64,000 nt of DNA from an uncultured Gammaproteobacteria bacterium (lineage in GTDB: Bacteria > Patescibacteriota > Microgenomatia > Levybacterales > GWA1-39-11), in contig CAZXND010000001.1 in assembly GCA_964641355.1 (NCBI GenBank), forward strand, positions 87,858-151,857, given 5' to 3'. Made by a program: the position numbers and the translations under genes. Under the pieces are notes generated by a model. It was not told the origin of the DNA, did no database searches, and was given only the letters and a program-made list of their open reading frames with translations. This document shows positions 10,491 through 18,473 of the stretch, in pieces; positions within the stretch are counted from its first letter, which is position 1; each line of letters opens with the position of its first letter.

Positions 10491-11337
10491 TTTCATCCTC
10501 CTTAATCTCATGCTCTAATTCACTATCTGTCCTTATTTCCTCTGCTTTAGTCTCAGAAGAACTAACATCAGCAGTATCATTAACAGCGTTATCCTCAACA
10601 AAAACTTCCTCTTTTTCGACAACTGGCTCGGTTGATCCAACGATCTCCTCATCAGCTTTTACTTCAGATTGTAAAAGATCTTCTTTCTTATAGAGAGGCG
10701 TGAACTTTTTATATTCTCCTATCTTCTCGATTCGAACGATCGAACCAATTGACCCGGGAATAAGACCTTTTACACTCACTATCTGATCGGTCACATCCAT
10801 AACAACTAAATTCCTAATTGTTATTTGGTCGTTTCCCATTTTACCAGCCATTTTCTTACCTTTATAAACTCTTCCAGGAGTTGTTGTTTGACCAATAGAT
10901 CCAGGGGCTCTTTCTCTATCCGATTGTCCATGAGTTCTTGGACCTCCACGAAAACCCCATCTTTTTACTACACCCGCATATCCTTTTCCTTTGGATACTC
11001 CAGTAACTTTAACCATATCTCCTGGTTTCAAAATTTCAGTTGTCTTAAGTTCTTTACCAAGAACATCCACTTCAATATCTTCTGCTTTTAATTCTCTGAA
11101 AAAACGGGGAAATTTCTCCACTCCCGCTTTTTTGACATGTCCAGAAAGTGCTTTATTAAGCTTCTTTTTAAAGTCAAAACCAACTTGAACAGCATTGTAT
11201 CCATCTTTATCAGATGACTTTACTTGAGTAACAATATTTTCTGCCACATGAAGAATAGACAAAGGGATTCTTGTTCCATCCTCCAAAAAACCTTGTGTCT
11301 GCTCTCTTTTTTTACCAATAATGCTATTTATCTGCAT
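10477..11337 (-). CDS. rplC: 50S ribosomal protein L3 with acidic C-terminal extension
   Basis: DGYNAVQ, SKGKGYAG, THGQSDRERAPGSIG, GKKMAG. Confidence 0.97.
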   Translation of the reverse strand: MQINSIIGKKREQTQGFLEDGTRIPLSILHVAENIVTQVKSSDKDGYNAVQVGFDFKKKLNKALSGHVKKAGVEKFPRFFRELKAEDIEVDVLGKELKTTEILKPGDMVKVTGVSKGKGYAGVVKRWGFRGGPRTHGQSDRERAPGSIGQTTTPGRVYKGKKMAGKMGNDQITIRNLVVMDVTDQIVSVKGLIPGSIGSIVRIEKIGEYKKFTPLYKKEDLLQSEVKADEEIVGSTEPVVEKEEVFVEDNAVNDTADVSSSETKAEEIRTDSELEHEIKEDENAQS

Positions 11338-11341
11338 TTTA

Positions 11342-11456
11342 CTACTCTTAAAACAACAAAAAAGCGGCTCGCAAGCCGCCTGAGTAAGAACTGACTGTTC
11401 TATTCGAGCTCGCTAACTAGTCAAAAACACCTCCCTCTTTTTTGTCATAAGAGTAT
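11342..11456 (-). promoter_or_regulatory. Structured 5' leader of rplC (candidate attenuator/r-leader) with terminator-like hairpin and uORF
   Basis: GCGGCT-TGCG-AGCCGC followed by TTTTTTGTTGTTTT; 5'/3' long-range complementarity; uORF 11448-11413. Confidence 0.7.
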
Positions 11457-11461
11457 CGATA

Positions 11462-11490
11462 ATTATATACAAGCGTGAAGCTAAATGCAA
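11462..11490 (-). promoter_or_regulatory. sigma70 promoter of the rplC (S10-spc) operon
   Basis: TTGCAT(11490-11485)-17 nt-TATAAT(11467-11462). Confidence 0.8.
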
Positions 11491-11513
11491 GAGTAAAGTA
11501 AGAATTTCAAGGG

Positions 11514-11975
11514 TCACTTAGAAAGGGTCCTAAGAGCTTTTTCTGCATAAAATTTAATACCAGGAGAAAGTCCAATTTTTTTTAACTCATCAATATTAAA
11601 CCACTTAATCTCACCACTTTTTTCCTTTCCTCCTTCTTTAATTTTAGGGTTTTTAACAGTTGCAAAATAGGTCATGGTCACATGCTCATGTGTACTGTTA
11701 ATATTATGTCTATTTAAAAAATATGGAGGAACCAATTCTTGGTAGTTAATGGTTTTAAAAGTTTCTGGAAAAAGAGCTCTATCAAGCTCTATATCAAGCC
11801 CAACTTCTTCTTTGGCTTCCCTAATTATTGCTTGATTTGGGTCTTCATGAGGTTCAACATGACCTCCAATTCCCAACCAAATTCCATACTTATCATGTTT
11901 TCTAAGTAATACCTTGTTTTTATGAACAATAAAGACTTCAACTGTAAAATCAATCAAATCATTAATATGAGGCAC
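11514..11975 (-). CDS. NUDIX hydrolase
   Basis: Nudix box GGHVEPHEDPNQAIIREAKEEVG. Confidence 0.92.
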   Translation of the reverse strand: MPHINDLIDFTVEVFIVHKNKVLLRKHDKYGIWLGIGGHVEPHEDPNQAIIREAKEEVGLDIELDRALFPETFKTINYQELVPPYFLNRHNINSTHEHVTMTYFATVKNPKIKEGGKEKSGEIKWFNIDELKKIGLSPGIKFYAEKALRTLSK

Positions 11976-12012
11976 GTTGTTATTATATTATCAAAGAATA
12001 GAAGGGGAATAA

Positions 12013-12321
12013 CTACATCTTGATCTCAACATCAACACCTGCGGGAAGATCAAGATGAATTAAAGACTCAATTGTCTTCTCTGTAGGAGAAACTATATCG
12101 ATCAATCTTTTATGAGTTTTTATCTGGAAGTGTTCTCTTGAATCTTTATCAATAAAAGTAGATTTATTTACTGTAATTACTGTTCTTCTTGATGGTAGAG
12201 GAATAGGACCAAGTACTTTTGCACCAGTTCTTATTGCAGTATCTAATATCTGTTGACATGTCGAGTCAATTATTCTAGGATCATAACTTTTTAAGCGAAC
12301 CCTTATTCTTCCTTTAGGCAT
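12013..12321 (-). CDS. rpsJ: 30S ribosomal protein S10
   Basis: IRVRLKSYD, GPIPLP, HKRLIDI, LPAGVDVEIK. Confidence 0.98.
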   Translation of the reverse strand: MPKGRIRVRLKSYDPRIIDSTCQQILDTAIRTGAKVLGPIPLPSRRTVITVNKSTFIDKDSREHFQIKTHKRLIDIVSPTEKTIESLIHLDLPAGVDVEIKM

Positions 12322-12357
12322 ATCAGATATTAGATTTAAAAGAGCGGTTTATCTTAA

Positions 12358-13539
12358 TTAAGCAGTTATTTTAGTTATAACTCCTGCTCCAACCGTTCGT
12401 CCACCTTCTCGGATGGCGAATCTCATTCCTTCTTCAACAGCTATGGGTACGATAAGTTTTACATTCATCTTGGTATTATCACCTGGCATTACCATTTCAA
12501 CACCTGCTTGCAGTGCAATCTCACCAGTTACATCAGTTGTACGAATATAGAATTGTGGTCTATAACCCGTGAAGAAAGGTGTGTGTCTTCCTCCTTCTTC
12601 TTTAGTCAAAACATAAACTTCTGCTTCAAATTCCTTATGAGGCGTAATACTTCCAGGCTTAGCAACAACTTGACCTCTCTCAACGTCTTCTTTTTCGATT
12701 CCACGAAGCAAAAGTCCTACATTGTCTCCTGCTTGCGCATCATCCAATTGCTTTCTAAACATTTCTACTCCAGTTACAACTGTGCTCTTTGTATCCTTAA
12801 TACCTACAATTTCAACAGTATCGTTTACTTTAACCTGACCTCTTTCAACTCTACCAGTTACAACAGTTCCTCTACCTTTAATAGAGAAAACATCTTCTAC
12901 GGGCATGAGGTATGGTTTATCAATATCTCTTTCTGGAGTTGGAATATATTCATCAACCTGATCCATAAGAGCCAAAATTTGTTTCTCTGCATCAGCATCA
13001 CCTTCAATTGCTTTAAGAGCTGATCCTCGAATTATTGGAGTAGTATCACCAGGATACTGATATTTATTTAGAAGTTCTCTTACTTCCATTTCAACAAGAT
13101 CGAGAAGTTCTGCATCTTGTACCATATCTGTTTTATTCATGAAAACTACAATTGCTGGGACTCCGACCTGCTTTGCAAGAAGAATATGTTCTCTTGTTTG
13201 AGGCATTGGACCATCTGGAGCTGAAACAACAAGGATTGCACCATCCATTTGAGCTGCACCTGTAATCATGTTCTTAATATAATCCGCATGACCTGGGGCA
13301 TCTATATGAGCATAATGTCTTTTTGGAGTTTCGTATTCAATATGAGTAATGTTAATAGTAACTCCACGAGCTTTTTCCTCAGGAGCATTATCAATATCCT
13401 CATATTTTCTTGCTTGAGCCATTCCTTGTTTGGAAAGGACTGTAGTGATAGCGGAAGTTAAGGTTGTCTTACCATGATCGACATGACCAATCGTTCCTAT
13501 ATTTAAATGTGGTTTGCTTCTAACAAATTTATCTGCCAT
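12358..13539 (-). CDS. tuf: Elongation factor Tu
   Basis: [37 protein letters not shown]. Confidence 0.99.
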   Translation of the reverse strand: MADKFVRSKPHLNIGTIGHVDHGKTTLTSAITTVLSKQGMAQARKYEDIDNAPEEKARGVTINITHIEYETPKRHYAHIDAPGHADYIKNMITGAAQMDGAILVVSAPDGPMPQTREHILLAKQVGVPAIVVFMNKTDMVQDAELLDLVEMEVRELLNKYQYPGDTTPIIRGSALKAIEGDADAEKQILALMDQVDEYIPTPERDIDKPYLMPVEDVFSIKGRGTVVTGRVERGQVKVNDTVEIVGIKDTKSTVVTGVEMFRKQLDDAQAGDNVGLLLRGIEKEDVERGQVVAKPGSITPHKEFEAEVYVLTKEEGGRHTPFFTGYRPQFYIRTTDVTGEIALQAGVEMVMPGDNTKMNVKLIVPIAVEEGMRFAIREGGRTVGAGVITKITA

Positions 13540-13607
13540 TTTAAAAAAATAAACCCCAATTGTTTGGGTCTAATGACTACTATACAAAATTTTTTTCCTC
13601 TCGTCAA
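13540..13607 (-). promoter_or_regulatory. tuf promoter plus short hairpin leader
   Basis: TTGACG(13607-13602)-17 nt-TATAGT(13584-13579); AGACCCAA-ACAA-TTGGGGTTT then ATTTTTTTAAA-ATG. Confidence 0.75.
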
Positions 13608-13664
13608 GAGGCTAGAATTAATTACTCACAAAACCCTAAGCGTAGCTAGCTCAATTTAGAGTAA

Positions 13665-14708
13665 TTAAAAATATGAATTAGCCCAGAATGAAATCTTGTT
13701 TATACCTTTAGTGATCAGATAAGAATTCTTTGAATTTATAAAAGAAAAGTCCTCAATCCAAATTAAGTGCTTTTGATCGTTTTCAAAATATGTAATTTTA
13801 ATCGCATGAGATTTTTTTTCGTGTTCTATAGTACATCTGGAAAAAACACATTTATCTATAAAGTTTTTTTTAACATCTAAATAAGTGCGCGGCTTTCCTA
13901 TTTCCATAGATTCCCCTTTTTCATTAACCACCCAATCATAACCAAATAATCCGTAAATAATATTTAATTTCTCCTTGGGAACATCTCTTGAGAAATCATC
14001 AATCATTGTCTTGAAATCATATCCAAACAGTTCCAACCCCTCAAATGGGAAAGTAGGTCCCGGATCTCCACCAGCCTTAAATAAGTCATAAGACATTACA
14101 TAAACTTCATCTGCATATTTTGCCAAATCCCTTGGTTCAAATGGTCTAACTCTGTAATAATTATCTCCATAAATAGCAACCGCATAAGAAAAGTTATTTT
14201 CGTGAGCTTTTTTATAAAAAAATTGTGAAAAATTATTTATTCTATTGATTAAAGTATTAAAGGGAAGAGCTGAAATTTCTAAATCCAATAAAACACCGCT
14301 AAAACCATTCTCTCTTGCTATATTTAGGGTTTCATCTATTATATGAGCTTGAAGCTCTTTATTTTTAACGATCTCTAAATTATCTTTAGTATTCAAAAGT
14401 CTTAAAGTAAGAACTTTTTCTTTATTGGAAATTTTTTCACTAAAAAGAGCTATGTTTTTAAACCCTTGATCATTTCTATTTATTCCTTCCCTATTTGCTT
14501 CGATTCCAAAATATATGTATTTATCAAAAGAAGTATCTAAAACGTTTAAAGTCCAATAAGGAACAAATAAGGATCTTTTTATAACCAAAGAATGATTATT
14601 CTTTTTTTTAACTAGTGGAACAAATTTATCTGAGTTACTACTATTACTAATAGTAAAAAACAATAACCCAATCATAATAATCACTACTAGCAAAACAATT
14701 TTTTTCAT
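13665..14708 (-). CDS. Exported/membrane-anchored glycoside hydrolase family 18-like protein
   Basis: N-terminal hydrophobic anchor; GFSGVLLDLE (GH18 DxxDxE-like), VMSYD, FGYDW, ISFW. Confidence 0.75.
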   Translation of the reverse strand: MKKIVLLVVIIMIGLLFFTISNSSNSDKFVPLVKKKNNHSLVIKRSLFVPYWTLNVLDTSFDKYIYFGIEANREGINRNDQGFKNIALFSEKISNKEKVLTLRLLNTKDNLEIVKNKELQAHIIDETLNIARENGFSGVLLDLEISALPFNTLINRINNFSQFFYKKAHENNFSYAVAIYGDNYYRVRPFEPRDLAKYADEVYVMSYDLFKAGGDPGPTFPFEGLELFGYDFKTMIDDFSRDVPKEKLNIIYGLFGYDWVVNEKGESMEIGKPRTYLDVKKNFIDKCVFSRCTIEHEKKSHAIKITYFENDQKHLIWIEDFSFINSKNSYLITKGINKISFWANSYF

Positions 14709-14803
14709 CTATAAATTATAACCCAAATTATTTTTATTTTTACTGGTTTTATAATAATTATATTTAATAAATAATTTGCATTTTTAAAAGAATCTGTTAA
14801 ACT

Positions 14804-15388
14804 ATGGGCGAAATGGAGGATGGATCACAAACCTCATATAGTTCTTTTTCTTCTCCGAATAGGAAGTCAGGTCGAAGTAAAAAAATCTTTATTTTATCAG
14901 CTCTTATTTTAGTTCTAGGTTTAATTGCTTTTGGAATATCCAGATCTATAGGAAATAAAGGGATTAGCTCTAACAAAACTCTTACTACCACTCCAACAAT
15001 GTCACCCACGACCACTCCTACTCCCACAGATATAATCGATACCACTCCAACACCTACTCTTAAAACGAAAACCACTCCAACACCTACTAAAATTTCGGGG
15101 AGTTCTGTTAAAAATCTTTCCATTCAGATATTAAATGGGTCTGGAGTTGTAGGGGCTGGAAAAAAGGCAGCTGATTTTCTTTCGGGACTTGGATATACAA
15201 TAACCTCAACAGGTAATGCTGACAACTTTGAATATAGTCAAACAACAATACAAATTAAGAGTGCAAAATCTAGTTTGCTTAATCAGCTCAAAAAAGATTT
15301 AACAGAGAATTACACTATTGGATCAACCTCTACAACTCTTTCCTCCTCTTCTTCAGCAGATGCTATTGTTATTATCGGAAAAGAATAA
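14804..15388 (+). CDS. LytR C-terminal domain membrane protein with Pro/Thr linker
   Basis: TM helix, TPTPT repeats, IQILNGSGVVGAG..GNAD..AIVIIGKE. Confidence 0.85.
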   Translation: MGEMEDGSQTSYSSFSSPNRKSGRSKKIFILSALILVLGLIAFGISRSIGNKGISSNKTLTTTPTMSPTTTPTPTDIIDTTPTPTLKTKTTPTPTKISGSSVKNLSIQILNGSGVVGAGKKAADFLSGLGYTITSTGNADNFEYSQTTIQIKSAKSSLLNQLKKDLTENYTIGSTSTTLSSSSSADAIVIIGKE

Positions 15389-16014
15389 TGAATAAAAGTA
15401 TAGTTGCACATTTCAAGAAAGTTGATCCAATCCTTGCAAGATTGGCAGAAAAAGTAGGACCACTTAATCTTCAACACAGAAGAACAAATAAAGCACTCGA
15501 CTCCGAAAATTTTTATTTTGCTTCCCTTACAAGTTCAATCATAGGACAACAATTATCAGGAAAAGTTGCAGATGTTATTTTTAAAAGATTTAAAGAATTA
15601 TTTCATAAAGAAAAAATAACCCCCGAATACGTATTAAAGCTGGATAAAGAAATAATTCGAAAAATAGGAATTTCTTATTCTAAGGTAAGTTACCTCAAAG
15701 ACCTTGCAAGTAAATTTAAAGAAGATGAAATAAAATACAGCAAATTAGATAAGCTATCAGATAAAGAAGTCACTGAAGAACTAATAAAAATCAAAGGAAT
15801 AGGTCCGTGGACCGCAGAAATGTTTTTAATGTTTACACTTGGACGAGAAGATATCTTTTCTCATGGAGATCTGGGGCTAAGAAGAGCAATCGAAAACATT
15901 TATCAAATTGAAAATCCGACTAGAGAACAGGTAGAGTCGATCTCTATAAAATGGTCTCCATATCGGTCTTACGCATCACTTGTACTTTGGAAAAGTCTGG
16001 ATATAAAATACTAA
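15388..16014 (+). CDS. DNA-3-methyladenine glycosylase II (AlkA/HhH-GPD family)
   Basis: SIIGQQLS, IKGIGPWTAEMFL, DLGLR, WSPYRSYA. Confidence 0.93.
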   Translation: MNKSIVAHFKKVDPILARLAEKVGPLNLQHRRTNKALDSENFYFASLTSSIIGQQLSGKVADVIFKRFKELFHKEKITPEYVLKLDKEIIRKIGISYSKVSYLKDLASKFKEDEIKYSKLDKLSDKEVTEELIKIKGIGPWTAEMFLMFTLGREDIFSHGDLGLRRAIENIYQIENPTREQVESISIKWSPYRSYASLVLWKSLDIKY

Positions 16015-17027
16015 CTTTCACTTTTTTCAATATTAAATTGCTTCTGAAAATAGTTTGCTGCGACAATTCTAGAAACATATTCTTCAGTCATATCTCCCAA
16101 AACTCCATCTGAAATTTGTTTTTTTGCGTATGGAGATTCTACTAAATTTGCCAGATTTAGCTCGTTTTCAGAAATTACACTTGCTAGAGAGTCAAAATCC
16201 ACATTCCAATTTCCCACTTTTGCTCTAACAATATCTAGTAAATTTCCTGGACCTAAGTGATAATTCCAAAGACTCAAACCTACTTCAGGAATATAATCAT
16301 ACCAATCAGATAGATATTTTAAAGCAAACCTTATAGAGGTTTGGGGATCTCTCAAATCAAAGCTCTTCATATTTAATTTTTGCGCTAACTCCTTTGCAGT
16401 TTCCGGCATAACCTGTGTGAGTCCCGTCGCACCAGAAACTTCATTATAAGCGGCGGGGTTCCCTTCGCTTTCAACAAAAATTAAGCTTGGAATTAAATCG
16501 GGAATTCCAGAATTTAAAAATTCTTCACTCAACTGCATTTTAGCAATCTCCTCATTAACTAATTCTTTCCACTGCAATGATTTCTCAACAATCTCTTCCA
16601 AAGAGCGTCGATCTGGATATCTTTGATTTTCAAAATAACTAACGGCTTTATTTACCTTTCCATTTAAAACTTCTTTTTCTTTATTTTTATATTTCGGGAA
16701 AAGATCTTCAATTACTCCACTAATAGAGAGTTCGTTATTAGATATAAGCCCCTCACTATTTTTAAGAGAATTTTTATAAGCGTCTAAATTAGGCTGCTCA
16801 TCTTTTGGTTGTCTGTACGCCACGTCTGGAAGTTTTTGAGGATGTTCCAAAACTTGTTGAGACGAAGTACTTAGCTCATCAGAATTAAAACCAAGCCTCG
16901 CACCAACTGCAAATCCCAAAGCTCCTAAAAAACTATTCTTTATAAATTCACGCCTTTTAATTCTATTAATAGGCTTATTTTCTTTTCTCGTTTTACTTTT
17001 TAAATCAGGTTCTTTGGAATTTTCCAT
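16011..17027 (-). CDS. Lytic transglycosylase (SLT domain) with twin-Arg-like N-terminus
   Basis: VESEGNPAA, GATGLTQVMPETA, YHLGPG, EEYVSRI; KRREFIK followed by a hydrophobic stretch. Confidence 0.85.
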   Translation of the reverse strand: MENSKEPDLKSKTRKENKPINRIKRREFIKNSFLGALGFAVGARLGFNSDELSTSSQQVLEHPQKLPDVAYRQPKDEQPNLDAYKNSLKNSEGLISNNELSISGVIEDLFPKYKNKEKEVLNGKVNKAVSYFENQRYPDRRSLEEIVEKSLQWKELVNEEIAKMQLSEEFLNSGIPDLIPSLIFVESEGNPAAYNEVSGATGLTQVMPETAKELAQKLNMKSFDLRDPQTSIRFALKYLSDWYDYIPEVGLSLWNYHLGPGNLLDIVRAKVGNWNVDFDSLASVISENELNLANLVESPYAKKQISDGVLGDMTEEYVSRIVAANYFQKQFNIEKSES

Positions 17028-17036
17028 ATATAAATT

Positions 17037-17996
17037 TTAACCCTCAACAATTTCTACTTCTATCTCTGGCACAAATCCAAAAACATCACCTATTCTTCTT
17101 TTTATTTCATAGATTATAGAAGTGACATCATTAAAACTAGCTTCACCTAAATTAACAATAAAGTTAGGATGCTTATTACTAACCTGAGCATTTCCTACTT
17201 TGTATCCTTCAAGACCAAGTCTTTTTATCATATATCCAATACTCACTTTACCATACCAATTATTTTCAACTTTTTCCTTTACGTCAGGCCAAACTGAAAG
17301 CACTTTTTCAATATTTTCTTTTTCGTTTATATTTTTAAATACGGATCCAGTATTTGGATAATCTAAAGGATGATGTTCTCGTCTATAATTTATATTTGAA
17401 TAATAAGCTTCTTTTGCTTTCTCAACTCCTTTGGGGTTGGTTTTTGTAAGATTTAACGATACTGAAAGAATTATTAAATTCTTATTCTCTTTTATATAAC
17501 TATTTCTGTAAGAAAAATTTAGAGCATCGCTTCTTATTTTTTTAACTTCAAGTGTATTTATATCAATAACCTCAATCTCAAAGACCGAATCCTTAACTTC
17601 TCCTCCGAAAGCCCCAACATTTCCACGTACTGCTGCACCAACTGTTCCAGGCAATCCTCCTGCCCATTCTAACCCGATCAAATTATTGTCAAATGAAAAA
17701 TTTATTAAATCATCAAGAACTTCTCCTGCAAAAGCAGTGACAATGTTACCCTCAACTTTAAAAGAATACCCATTAGAAGAAGCTAGTTGAATTACTGCGC
17801 CTGGATAATCCTCGTCTGTAAAAATTAAATTAGTTCCAATTCCTACTACAAAAATTTTATTTATGTCCTGTTGTTTTAAGAATTTTAAAGCGTCTAAAAC
17901 TTCTTTCGCATCTTTAACCTTAATATAATAACTAACCTTACCACCGATTTCATACCAAAGAACTTGTGAGATAATATAATCCTTATTTATCAACAT
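17037..17996 (-). CDS. murB: UDP-N-acetylenolpyruvoylglucosamine reductase
   Basis: IGG, GIGTNL, GLPGTVGAAVRGNVGAFG, FSYRNS, GSVFKN, KHPNFIVN. Confidence 0.96.
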   Translation of the reverse strand: MLINKDYIISQVLWYEIGGKVSYYIKVKDAKEVLDALKFLKQQDINKIFVVGIGTNLIFTDEDYPGAVIQLASSNGYSFKVEGNIVTAFAGEVLDDLINFSFDNNLIGLEWAGGLPGTVGAAVRGNVGAFGGEVKDSVFEIEVIDINTLEVKKIRSDALNFSYRNSYIKENKNLIILSVSLNLTKTNPKGVEKAKEAYYSNINYRREHHPLDYPNTGSVFKNINEKENIEKVLSVWPDVKEKVENNWYGKVSIGYMIKRLGLEGYKVGNAQVSNKHPNFIVNLGEASFNDVTSIIYEIKRRIGDVFGFVPEIEVEIVEG

Positions 17997-17999
17997 AAA

Positions 18000-18122
18000 T
18001 CAAATGAAGACAAGAGTGAATGCAGTAACAAACCCTACAAAACTTATTACTGTCATTGGAAGTAGTATCAAAAAAATAAGACAACCAAGCTCACTGGTAA
18101 CATCATCGAATATTTCTTGCAT
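18000..18122 (-). CDS. Putative 40-aa small membrane protein (not in the ORF track)
   Basis: MQEIFDDVTSELGCLIFLILLPMTVISFVGFVTAFTLVFI*; TTGACT-18 nt-TATATT-6 nt-ATG; stop 3 nt before the murB start. Confidence 0.6.
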   Translation of the reverse strand: MQEIFDDVTSELGCLIFLILLPMTVISFVGFVTAFTLVFI

Positions 18123-18191
18123 AGCCTAAATATACGTCTGCAACATTCTCTAAGTCAAGTAAAAAACATGTAAAAGAAAAGAGGCTTAAGA

Positions 18192-18449
18192 TTAATAGGG
18201 TTTTGCAGGAAGAGGAATCCTAAACACTCTACCAATTATCAATTTTCTTTCCTGGTAAATCCTTTCGCACCTTACACCGTTCAATTTATCTTGAGCTTCT
18301 CTTAGAGCGTCTAAAGAAATTCCTGAAAGTTTTCCATTTTGAATATCTGATATTGAACTTCGAAGCATGCCTTCTGCATTATCTGCTCTTTTTAAATGTT
18401 CTGCTAAAACCTCTTCTCTAGATTGTGTTATAACTTCAACTAATTTCAT
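18192..18449 (-). CDS. Hypothetical 85-aa protein
   Basis: ORF preceded by TTGACA-17 nt-TATATT-6 nt-ATG; no recognised domain. Confidence 0.65.
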   Translation of the reverse strand: MKLVEVITQSREEVLAEHLKRADNAEGMLRSSISDIQNGKLSGISLDALREAQDKLNGVRCERIYQERKLIIGRVFRIPLPAKPY

Positions 18450-18473
18450 GAGCTTAATATAAAAATTTTCTTA

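Noticed and set aside
13618-13668. Inverted repeat TTAATTACTC...GAGTAATTAA enclosing a tRNA D-arm-like TAGCTCAATTTAGAG
   Set aside because: No acceptor stem, anticodon arm or TTCGA. The stem is AT-rich and overlaps the GH18 stop; at most a weak terminator.
14985-15090. ACTCCAACA/ACCACTCCA-type short repeats
   Set aside because: They encode the Pro/Thr linker of the LytR_C protein; not a DNA repeat element or CRISPR.
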